This document shows positions 1 through 8,497 of a stretch of 25,398 nt of DNA, piece by piece. A program made the translations under genes and the position numbers. Numbering within the stretch: the first letter of the stretch is position 1; each line of letters starts with the position of its first letter. The notes under the pieces were generated by a model. It made no database searches. It was not told where the DNA came from and saw only the letters and a list, made by a program, of their open reading frames with translations. This DNA is from Candidatus Bathyarchaeota archaeon (GTDB taxonomy: Archaea > Thermoproteota > Bathyarchaeia > Bathyarchaeales > Bathycorpusculaceae). The stretch lies in NCBI GenBank assembly GCA_963777155.1, contig CAVZPM010000018.1:1-25398 (forward strand), given 5' to 3'.

Positions 1-213
1 AATGCGGACAATGCAGGTGGAACGTGGAAAAACTCGCCCAACACGATGATGACAGGTCATACGGGCTACATTACATACGCAAGAAAAATCATGAAGCCAC
101 CAACCCAAGAATCTTCACAGTCACTTTTACAAGAGGCAATGCCTGAGGTAACAGTTGAGAAACCGATAGAGCAAGAAGAAAACATTGAAGAGTTAGAGAA
201 AGAAACTGCTTAA
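1..213 (+). CDS. trmI: tRNA (adenine-N1)-methyltransferase TrmI/GCD14, C-terminal part (gene starts before the window; 1-bp frameshift near 38-41)
   Basis: Frame 2 reads MRTMQVERGKTRP, then frame 1 reads NTMMTGHTGYITYARK...KETA* (TAA 211-213). RP...M.GHTGYI..ARK is the TrmI C-terminal signature. One missing C in the cgccc run joins the frames. Confidence 0.8.
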   Translation, partial: NADNAGGTWKNSPNTMMTGHTGYITYARKIMKPPTQESSQSLLQEAMPEVTVEKPIEQEENIEELEKETA

Positions 214-1835
214 ACCTTCTCTCTTATTCTTCGTTTGGTTGACTCAGGCATAGGCATACTTAACTGCCACACAGCCTGTTTTAGTTGTTCGCTCTTTTCT
301 CCACGTGTTAGGCCATAGTATGTGCCTAAGATTTTGCCGAAGTATGGAATGATGAAGTTGTCGAAGGTTTTGTAGAGCAGTGGGTTGGATATGCGGTTTT
401 CCAGGAAGGTTGGTTTCCAGATTTTAACGTTGTATTCCCAGCATTTGATGAAGAAGTCCCATCGTGCTTTGGAGAGCGAATCCATTTCTGCGCCCTTCTT
501 GTTCATCAGTACGCAGTTTTCGAGTGGCACAAAGAAGAGCGGCACATAGAATGCGTTGTAGCCTTTGAGTTTATCCATCAACTCAAGTGTCTGCAACATG
601 TCTTCTTCTTTTTCGTCAGGCAACCCAATAATCAAAGTTGCCAATGGATACCAGTCGTTATCGTTTAGGATGCCGAAAGCGTTGGTGACTACGTCTTGCC
701 ATTGTTCAGGCTTAAAGGGTAACATTTTGCCAGCCATGTACTTTTTCATGAGGCGTGGACTACCAGTTTCAACGCCAGTTTCAGCGGTGATGATTGGTTT
801 TTTGCCAAATGAATACCAGCTTTTCTCGATGAGGATTTCGGCAAGTTGCTTAATCATGAGTGGGTCATGCCAAATAGGAGCTAGGGACATGTGTGCTGCC
901 TGAATGCTTTTGACGCCGGGATGTTTTGCGACGCTGCTAACCAGTTTCACGATTGCTTCGCGGTTAGGGATGAAGTGTTTGTCTGTTGCGCCATAGAGAA
1001 ATAGGTCTTCTGTATTAGGGTTATGTGGTCGCTGCCCTGAGCTGTGCTTAAGGCGACTTCTTTCATGATTTTTTCAAGCGGAACATCAATTTTATGTTGC
1101 ATTGTGGGTGTGCAGAATTGGCAGTTTCGACCGCAACCTTTTGAGATTTCTACGGCTCCATGAATAGCCACGTTCTTAGTAAGCGGCATCTCTTCGTTGT
1201 AGTTCCAGTTATCCAGTGATTCATCCGCTTTTGCTATACGCGGAATTGGTTCACCGTTTATGGCTTTTTTGAAAAGCTCAACGATCGGGGTAGGTCGACC
1301 GCCCATGAGGACACAATCTACACCGTAGCTTTCAGAGACGTGTTGACGTTCAAGTTGCCATGAACCATACCCGCCCACGATGATTTTTGGCCTATACTTT
1401 TTGATTGCAGGATGTGTGACGAGTTTTTTGAATTCTATGCGGTTCATCGGTTCGCCGCCGCCAACTATTGAGCTGTAGGTTTTGCTTACATAGCCCATAC
1501 CTAGTTGGGTCCATTGAGGATATGCCTACAACTTTTGTGTCTGGACCGATGAATAAGTCTAAATCTTCCGGATATGCAACTGCGATGTCGTCTGGAGAAA
1601 ATCCGCCTTCAAGTAGTATGGATTCGACTTTGCGCAATCCATAAGGAACGTAGCTGGCTTGTCCATCGGCTCTTTTTGGGCGGTGTGGATAAAGCGTTTT
1701 TCTCACGTATGATAAGGGAATGGGGCCTTTGCCGAAGCCTCCCACGAATGCTATGAAAGGATTATTGAAAAAATCGCTCATTTCTGTAGCGGATGCGGTT
1801 AAAACGATTTTCCTGCCAGATACTGCTGATGCCAA
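210..1835 (-). CDS. B12-binding radical SAM protein, GrsA/GrsB-Gms-Gmm-like family (split over three ORFs by indels at ~1503 and ~1014)
   Basis: ORFs 1392-1835, 947-1498 and 210-950 join into about 540 aa. Motifs: IVLT, PYGLRKVE, SSMDPxGMG, KIIVGGYGSWQ (cobalamin-binding region), CGRNCQFC (CxxxCxxC), GVETGS, LIIGLPDE. Start codon uncertain. Confidence 0.8.
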
Positions 1836-2020
1836 ACCTCTGTCTTCCTCGCGAATAAGCTTAATGATTAGTTCATAGCCCTTTTAAGAATTACTATAGC
1901 TGGCATGTTGAAGGTCTAAGGAGTTAGTCGTAATAATTAGTTTTGATCAAATTTTTCTGAATCGATAGTTAAGCTAACAACTCCATACGACAGAACGCAA
2001 TTACCACCTTATTATTGAAT

Positions 2021-2248
2021 CTAAACGGTTAAGATAGCAGTGTTTGTTCTTCTTGAGGAATTACGATGAGTTCGAGTTCTTCTTTTTGTTTTGATGTCGT
2101 TTTGCCTATTGTTTTCTTTGGTTGTTTTGTTTGTTTTTGTCCGATCCAGTAGAAGCTCCAGCCCATGAGAAAGAATATTGCCAATATGGGAAATAGTAGG
2201 ACTTTCGTTGTTTTGCTGTGCTCTTTTCTTGGGGGCTGGTTTTGTCAT
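2021..2248 (-). CDS. small hypothetical protein (frame uncertain)
   Basis: 75-aa ATG ORF with a TATA-like TTTATATT about 35 nt upstream on the minus strand. Low-complexity A-rich 3' half and no recognisable motif. Confidence 0.3.
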   Translation of the reverse strand: MTKPAPKKRAQQNNESPTISHIGNILSHGLELLLDRTKTNKTTKENNRQNDIKTKRRTRTHRNSSRRTNTAILTV

Positions 2249-2532
2249 GTGTGCGCCTACTGCTATCTGGTAGCTTAACTCTTAATATAAATGTTGCTGA
2301 TAAATGCTTAAGGAAAAAGCGGGCTATGACCCGTCATTGTCAAACTTTCTCTGAGACAACAATCTCATGGTTTCTGTTTATTGGACTTCTAATCCCCAAC
2401 CTCAAGAGCTACCCCTTTTTTTCCTACCTCCTATAAAAAACGAAGATTATTCAAAATTGCCTGAACGACTTCTAAGTTAACTTTATTAAAGTTTTTTGAA
2501 ACGGAAAAAAGGGAGGAATTGTTTTGTTTGGT

Positions 2533-2981
2533 TTATTCGGTCTCTTCACCGACAATTGTTATGGCAAATCCTATGGTTATTGAATTATTATGGCTGCGAC
2601 GATGGAACAAAGTACATGTGAACAACTGATTGTGGGTGCTTGGTTGGTGTGGGTGTCGAGCTACATGTTGATGGAATGATGTAGATGCCGATGAAGGATA
2701 GTATGAGTTTGAGCCATTGAAGACACGGTGTAGAGTAATCGCCAATGTCAGGTGTCCTGTTAAAGATGAAGGTGCCGTCTGCTTTACTTGTCGTTGTGCC
2801 GATTTCTCTAAGTTTCCTTTGAGTCAAGTACGTTGATGCTAATTGGAACGCCGGTTGCGTTTGTTGGGCATGGTTGTTGCATATCGACATACTCCATCCA
2901 TGCGGCTTTGCTTTCGTCAGAGACTACTGGAACGCCGTTGGGGTTGTTGGCTTCTTTGCCGCAACTTGGACAATGAACCAT
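2533..2981 (-). pseudogene. C-terminal remnant of a PQQ-like beta-propeller surface protein (Ig-like domain, PT linker, TM anchor), 5'-truncated and frameshifted
   Basis: From ATG 2981: MVHCPSCGKEANNPNGVPVVSDESKAAWMEYVDMQQPCPTNATGVPISINVLDS. Other frames continue REIGTTTSKADGTF..TPDI, FNGSNSYYPSSASTSF, TPTPT..PQS...MYFVP and a hydrophobic tail. This matches my recollection of the conserved C-terminus of bathyarchaeal propeller proteins. Confidence 0.65.
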
Positions 2982-3079
2982 AGAAATTCAATCAAAATAG
3001 GGATAATTTTGCATAAGAGTCTTATGAATTCAGAATAAATAAAACAGAGTAGTCTTAGGAATAATGGTGAAGAAATTTT

Positions 3080-3616
3080 TTACTCCTTAGGGTTCCAAAG
3101 ATCCTCTTCTGCCGTGCCTTTTCGTTTTAAGGATATGGGCGATCTGCAGTTGGGACAATATTTGATTATGTTAGAGGATTTGGGGGGTCCAAAATTTATC
3201 ATATAATCTCCCTCGAGGCTTCCTAGGCTAAACTCTTTTCTGCAGGCTGGGCAGAACAACTTAGTAGGTTTGATTACTACTTGTTTGACCGGCTGCTTCT
3301 TTTCTCCAAAGACAAGCTCAATATTGCTTGTAGGTTTTTGCAAATTGACTTTTGGAAGACTTGCGTCTGCTTTTTCATTTGGTTCTTGTTTTTCTGCAAT
3401 CATTGCCTCATGTTTATCCTTGTTGACAATCGTCACCATGACTATAGCTAGAGCCACTGCCGCTGCTAAAGCCACATATGCAATGCTGTCAAAAACGAAA
3501 GCAGGAACAGAAATTAGATTGAAAGCTACAAGATTTGCATAGAACAATAAACCAACCACAAATATTGTCATAATGCCAAAGATTTTTTGTTCTTTAGAAA
3601 ACTGCCTCATTTTCAT
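3080..3616 (-). CDS. membrane protein with two N-terminal TM helices and a C-terminal zinc ribbon
   Basis: 178-aa ORF with two hydrophobic segments, a charged linker, then CPAC...CPNC. Confidence 0.8.
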   Translation of the reverse strand: MKMRQFSKEQKIFGIMTIFVVGLLFYANLVAFNLISVPAFVFDSIAYVALAAAVALAIVMVTIVNKDKHEAMIAEKQEPNEKADASLPKVNLQKPTSNIELVFGEKKQPVKQVVIKPTKLFCPACRKEFSLGSLEGDYMINFGPPKSSNIIKYCPNCRSPISLKRKGTAEEDLWNPKE

Positions 3617-3713
3617 CGCTCTTTCTTTTGCAAAAGTTAGATTGGAGATTTGTCAATAAAAGTTTTGGCATTCTTTTATTTCAGGATTAATAGGTCAAGC
3701 GGAGAATTGATAG

Positions 3714-4651
3714 TTAACCTTCAAGCAGTGAGCTTAGACCTTCCGATAAGGAGACTTTTGTCTTGAAGTGTAGCTTTTCTTCTGCTTTGGATGGGTCTCC
3801 ATAACTAAACTTTATTTCGCCTTGGCGAGCTGGTTCATGAGTAATGGGTAAATCTTTTTGGGTAGCAACTTGAACGGCTTTAGCAAGATCGTTAATGCTG
3901 GTCGGGATTCCTGTACAAATGTTGAAGGTTTCTCCATCGACTCCTCTGGCTTCTAATGCTAGAATTAAGGCTTCAACGATGTCTTTTACATGAATGAAGT
4001 CACGGGTTTGTTTGCCATCGCCAAAGATTTTGAGGGTTTCGCCTTTGTTAGCTTGCTGCAAGAATTTTGTGATTACCCCGCAGTAGGGGCTTTTTTCGCT
4101 TCTTGGTCCATAGACATTGAAAAAACGTAACACAACTGTACTTAGATCCGTAGCTTCCCGCGAAGGCTTTGCAGTAGGCTTCGCCTGCAAGTTTTGAGGC
4201 AGCGTAGGGTGAAATGGGATTAACATCAGAACCTTTTCATTTATTGGCAGTGTCTTTGCATCACCATAGACAGCGGTAGAGGAAGCGAAAACAAACCTCC
4301 TGACTTTGCATCTAGCCGCCTCCTGCAGTACATTCAGGGTGCCTAGTGACGTTTACGTCATTGGTTGAGGCTGGGTCGGCGACGGAAGCAGCAATATCTA
4401 TCAATGCCGCCAAATGTATAACCGCATCTACACCGTTAAAAGCAGCCTCAAGTTTGACTTTCATCCCGAATATCTCCCTCTATAAATTCAAAACCCTTCT
4501 TTCCACTTATTTCTTTTAGATTTGCGATTTTTCCCGAGCATAAATTATCGAATACAACAACTGAGTATTTTCTTTTCAGAAGCTCTGAGACCAGATGTGA
4601 CCCTATAAAACCTGCTCCACCAGTAACTAAAATTCTGTTACTTTTGTTCAT
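3714..4651 (-). CDS. NAD-dependent epimerase/dehydratase (UDP-glucose 4-epimerase-like extended SDR), about 5 frameshifts
   Basis: [20 protein letters not shown], NVx[22 protein letters not shown] (YxxxK), RFFNVYGPR and [12 protein letters not shown] are all recoverable by switching frames between about 4140 and 4460. Confidence 0.85.
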
Positions 4652-4943
4652 TTATTTCCTTCTATCATTGGGATGTTATTTCATTCAGCGTCTGATTTAT
4701 AGCTAAATTAGCTTTGATTAACTTTTCCATCTTAACTTTTTGGTTTCTATGCCCCAGTCGATAACAAAAGTGCAGAGGACGTTTTGGGAGATAGAGCAGA
4801 TATTGATTCCCTTATGAAAACAAGAATCTCTCATATTACTTTTAATATTGAAGGCGTCCAATTCCTTTTGACTTTGCGGTTGTCTAACCACAGTCACATA
4901 TACTTAAGAACGCTCGGCTGCTTTCTACTCTTAGGTGCAAACT

Positions 4944-5123
4944 ATGAGTAAAGATAAACTTCATAATCATACATTAGGGGCTCCTTCATCCCAAGAAATT
5001 CCCATAAAAGGAGCTAACCCCGATCAAGTTCCATGTCCAGTCTGCGGGAAACCTTTCAGAACTCACTCAGAAATGGAGAGACATAGAGATACAAAACACC
5101 ATGAAACAAAAGGACATGAATAA
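4944..5123 (+). CDS. C2H2 zinc-finger microprotein
   Basis: CPVCGKPFRTHSEMERHRDTKH fits C-x2-C-x3-F-x8-H-x4-H. AGGTG SD-like site at 4933-4937 precedes ATG 4944 (alternative GTG 4935). Confidence 0.8.
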   Translation: MSKDKLHNHTLGAPSSQEIPIKGANPDQVPCPVCGKPFRTHSEMERHRDTKHHETKGHE

Positions 5124-5155
5124 TAAATAATCGAAGAATTACGATGTGTTTTTTT

Positions 5156-5386
5156 ATGTCTGAACCAGACGTACCCTATAACAAACCTGCAACAGATCTA
5201 TCTCAAGAAACAACTGAAGTTACCCCGCCATCTCCAGACGTAAAAAACCCGCTGCCTGATCATGATCCTCTGGAAAAGATAGAGTTAGGCGATTTTATTT
5301 GTCCAGTTTGTGGAAAATCCTTCAATACTAAGGCTGATCTTGATTTGCATCTGGCAAGAAACCACAGACTAACAACAAAAGCATAG
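5156..5386 (+). CDS. C2H2 zinc-finger microprotein with acidic, Pro-rich N-terminus
   Basis: FICPVCGKSFNTKADLDLHLARNH is a canonical C2H2 finger. Start is ATG 5156 or 5144. Confidence 0.8.
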   Translation: MSEPDVPYNKPATDLSQETTEVTPPSPDVKNPLPDHDPLEKIELGDFICPVCGKSFNTKADLDLHLARNHRLTTKA

Positions 5387-5731
5387 AATAGGTCTTATTG
5401 GAGCAGGGGAAGCTGGTGCGCAAAGATTGGGCGGTTGTTTCTCTTCTAATTTAAAGTTGCTTTCTTCCAAAGCTGTTTTGTTTTGCTTCGAGTAGCGTAC
5501 GAAAACATTGTTTTCAAGTCTCCGAAATTTAGGCATTTTATCGCGTTGGTGATGGGTTTCGCCTTCTTTTTCTGTAAGCGAAGTGATTCCAAAAGCGTGG
5601 AATCACCATTACATGTTAGCTCTTATTTCTAAACGGTAATTTTGTTTGTCTGCAATTTACCATCTTAAACAACGTAGTACAAAAAACACGATAAGAAGCC
5701 CTTTATCAAAAAACAAAAGTATTGTAAAAAC

Positions 5732-5869
5732 GGGAAGTACGATCCCTTTGATTGGAATCGTTTGGCCGGGTCAACGTTGGCAAGACGCGGAGGCTACTTA
5801 GCCCAAACAAAGAGCCATTTGACGCATCTGTACCAAAACGTGCTTTGATCCCCCAAACACTTACTCCCC
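5732..5869 (-). ncRNA. candidate rod-like structured RNA (~140 nt), possibly encoding a 20-aa peptide
   Basis: Nested helices on the minus strand: GGGGAGUA/UACUUCCC, GAUC/GAUC, CGUUU(U)GG/CCAAACG, AGAUGCG/CGCGUCU and a GGCU/AGCC hairpin. Both G-U wobbles work only on the minus strand. U-tracts follow. Confidence 0.35.
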
Positions 5870-6021
5870 CCTTTTTTTAAGGACTAATTGTGTATCTATA
5901 TTGGTGGATCATCTGTTTGAGGGTTGCAATGCAACTCTGCTCTTTTATTATGTATTTACCAATTAGTAAACAATTTCTGTTAAACGGATTTCCCTAAATC
6001 AAGCTAGCTCTTAGGGCTAAT

Positions 6022-6037
6022 GCAAAATCTTTTATAC
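6022..6037 (+). promoter_or_regulatory. BRE + TATA box
   Basis: GCAAAA followed by TTTTATAC, about 25 nt upstream of the structured element starting at 6061. Confidence 0.55.
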
Positions 6038-6060
6038 TAAGTCATTAGAAAGATGTGTTT

Positions 6061-6134
6061 GAGGGGTTGCCAAAAATGCTATTTTCCGCTTATTATGGCA
6101 TTTTTGTCTTTTCTCCAAAAAGAGGCACCCCCTC
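6061..6134 (+). ncRNA. candidate three-way-junction RNA (sRNA or 5' leader of the aRF1 paralog)
   Basis: P1 GAGGGG(U)UGCC 6061-6071 / GGCA(C)CCCCUC 6124-6134; P2 AAAAAUGCUAU / AUGGCAUUUUU; P3 UCUUUU/AAAAGA. Begins at the expected TSS distance from a TATA box. Confidence 0.45.
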
Positions 6135-6318
6135 GGCTTTGCTTCTAACTATCTATGTAAACCCAAAAATGTTCAAATCCCGTTCGAGAACGGTTAATGT
6201 TAACAGGAGCGTTTCACCGCAGATTACTATCTAATGCTCACTTAAAACCTGTTTGTGAAACAATTTTCAAAAATTAATAAATCAGTATTGGTTTCAACCT
6301 GATGTTGGAGTTTCAAAT

Positions 6319-7611
6319 TTGATAGCTGAAAAAAACACTCATGTTTATGGATGCCAAATGGCTACCTCAAATTCTGTAAAACAGCACAAGCTCAGGAAAT
6401 TCATTGCCTGGCTATCAAATAAAGAGGGACGGGGCTTAGAATTTATTTCGCTATACATACCCAAAGAAAAAACTGTGGATGAAGTGATAACATACCTTAA
6501 ATTTGAATTGGATTCTTCCACCCCGAAATATGAGAATAGTAAAGATGTTAGGGATCGCTTTCAAAATGCCCTCAAGAATGTAATCCAGCGACTAAAACAG
6601 CGCAATCAAATTCCCGAGAATGGGCTTGCCATATTTGCAGGTGCTTTCCCCATAGATGATTCTGAAAATGAAACCGTGAATGTTGAAGAGGTTATCCCAC
6701 CAGAGCCAATTACCACATACTTCTACACCGTTGACAACCATTTCTGGTTGGAACTGTTAAGAGATATGCTAAGAAACCAAAAAGTGGTAGGTTTAGTTAG
6801 CATGGATTCGAAGGAGGCAAGCTTTGGATTACTGAATGGTGAGCGTCTTGAAATTATCGAAAACATCACCTCGGGGATCCATGGAAAGTCTGGAAAGGGC
6901 GGGTCAAGCCAAAGAAGGTACGAGAGAGAACGAGACATGGCACTCACTAACTATTTCCACCGAGTTGCAGAACACTCTGCAAAAACCTTTCTTGATAACC
7001 ACAAAGTTATGGCTTTGATAATTGGTGGGCCAGGTCATACTAAAGAGGAGTTCTCAAGAGGTAATTACCTTCATTATGAGCTTCAAAATGCACTTCTAAA
7101 CGTTGTTGATACCCAATTCGCCAACAGAGAAGGGGTAAGAGAGGCGCTTGATAAATCATCCGAAATATTGAGGAATATGTGTGCGCCAGAGGAGAAAATG
7201 GTTGTTCAGCGACTTTTGGCATATATGGGCAAACAGGACGATCTGGCTACTTATGGTTTAGATGTAGTTTTGACCGCTCTTAGGAATGGTGAAGTGGAAG
7301 TTGCAATAGTGACGGATAGTACGGAAATGGTTGAAATTGTTTTATTATGCAAAAAATGTGGATTATCGAAGTCGAAGATAATGAACATAGAACAGAAGGT
7401 TCAAGTTGTTCAGGAAATGGTTTCGAAACCTTGTGAGAGGTGCAGTTCGGTTGATTGGGCGTTAGAAGAGAAGGACATAATAGATGTTTTGGAGGATTTG
7501 GCTTCACAGACTAACGCAAGGGTTGAAGTAATATCTACAGAGTCTACGGAAAAGGCAAGGTTGACAGCTTTGGGCGGTTTTGCCGCTATCTTAAGGTACA
7601 GACTTCGATAG
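6319..7611 (+). CDS. prf1: divergent paralog of archaeal peptide chain release factor aRF1 (eRF1 domains 1-3), with degenerate catalytic and decoding motifs
   Basis: Intact 430-aa ORF with GGAG before TTG 6319 (alternative ATG 6358). Has ISLYIP, PENGLAIFAG, PPEPI, GGPGHTKEEF, YG...V..AL..G.VE, a CxxC..CxxC minidomain and LGGFAAILRY. The GGQ position reads GGS and NIKS is absent. Confidence 0.9.
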   Translation: MIAEKNTHVYGCQMATSNSVKQHKLRKFIAWLSNKEGRGLEFISLYIPKEKTVDEVITYLKFELDSSTPKYENSKDVRDRFQNALKNVIQRLKQRNQIPENGLAIFAGAFPIDDSENETVNVEEVIPPEPITTYFYTVDNHFWLELLRDMLRNQKVVGLVSMDSKEASFGLLNGERLEIIENITSGIHGKSGKGGSSQRRYERERDMALTNYFHRVAEHSAKTFLDNHKVMALIIGGPGHTKEEFSRGNYLHYELQNALLNVVDTQFANREGVREALDKSSEILRNMCAPEEKMVVQRLLAYMGKQDDLATYGLDVVLTALRNGEVEVAIVTDSTEMVEIVLLCKKCGLSKSKIMNIEQKVQVVQEMVSKPCERCSSVDWALEEKDIIDVLEDLASQTNARVEVISTESTEKARLTALGGFAAILRYRLR

Positions 7612-7688
7612 AATAATTAAGAAAACATCTGTAATTTGTGGTATTTTCAGCGAGATCGTTAATAATCTCGTAATTTACTTCATAGGCA

Positions 7689-8180
7689 ATGCAAAAAGTC
7701 AAAAATCTAGCACCTATATTTGCAAGTCTGCTTTTGGTTGTAGCGATAACTACTCTTTCCGCCTCTGCCACCTCTATTCCAACTTTCACACTTTCCGCCC
7801 AATCATCCCAGCTCAACTATGCATTGCCAGCGGGAACTACATTTAACGGTTCAATCTCAACTACAGGTACTATCCGCTTTTGGGTAAGCGATCCCCAAGG
7901 TGTCCAAATCGTTAATTTGGGTCTAATCGATCAAGAAGCCACCTTTGGTTTCGTTGCAAAACAGGTTGGAAACTATACATTGAATTTTGAAAATGACCTT
8001 CCTACTGCCGTTCAAGTAACGTTCTCTTACGAGACAAACCCAGAGATACCAACCAACAATTCTACATTCATACCACTTGCTTACCTCTCCATACCAATAG
8101 CGATCGCGGTAATTGGGAGTGTTCTGATTTTTGTTTTAGTGAGGCGGAAAAGAAAACCTGACGGAGCTGCTTGCACCTAA
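7689..8180 (+). CDS. secreted, C-terminally anchored protein with a GOLD/emp24-p24-like beta-sandwich
   Basis: Signal peptide, then IRFWVSDPQG...FGFVAKQVGNYTLNFEN (GOLD-like pattern), a TM helix and an RRKRK tail. Confidence 0.7.
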   Translation: MQKVKNLAPIFASLLLVVAITTLSASATSIPTFTLSAQSSQLNYALPAGTTFNGSISTTGTIRFWVSDPQGVQIVNLGLIDQEATFGFVAKQVGNYTLNFENDLPTAVQVTFSYETNPEIPTNNSTFIPLAYLSIPIAIAVIGSVLIFVLVRRKRKPDGAACT

Positions 8181-8188
8181 GACGAAGT

Positions 8189-8419
8189 TTACCTAAATTC
8201 ATTCGACGCGATTCTGGTTTCTTTCATCCTTGCTTTGTTGGTTATGGTTTCTTCGTTGATGGCGTTTTCCATTAGAGTGCGTAGTGCTTGGTTTAGGTTG
8301 CCGGCGAAATAGGGTTTTGCAATTTTTCGTGCGAATTCTTTAATCATTTCTGCTGAGAAGTTGTGGAGTGTCAAGCTTATGAGAAAGTCTTTTTCTGTAG
8401 TTATCTCTGTTTGTGTCAT
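8189..8419 (-). CDS. small hypothetical protein, ribbon-helix-helix-like pattern
   Basis: ATG 8419. Strand ISLTLH followed by two amphipathic helices (EMIKEFARKI...NLNQALRTLMENAI). Confidence 0.6.
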   Translation of the reverse strand: MTQTEITTEKDFLISLTLHNFSAEMIKEFARKIAKPYFAGNLNQALRTLMENAINEETITNKARMKETRIASNEFR

Positions 8420-8497
8420 GAGGTTCACAGAACCCCGATATCATGGATAACGCTTAAAAGGCGGGTGCTAAGGCGACAATGTACAGTTGTGGAGGGG

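Noticed and set aside
947-1510. Programmed frameshifting or Sec/Pyl readthrough in the split genes
   Set aside because: The breaks are scattered frame changes in both directions with no slippery heptamer plus stimulator and no in-frame UGA/UAG at conserved positions.
5548-5600. Fluoride (crcB) riboswitch, since GGTGATGGGTTTCGCC resembles its 5' hairpin
   Set aside because: The downstream AAAC...GCTRATGRC...TAC elements and a good pseudoknot partner are missing, and no fluoride-related gene follows.
6076-6234. 52-aa uORF upstream of the aRF1 paralog
   Set aside because: No recognisable protein features, and it overlaps the structured element; likely chance.
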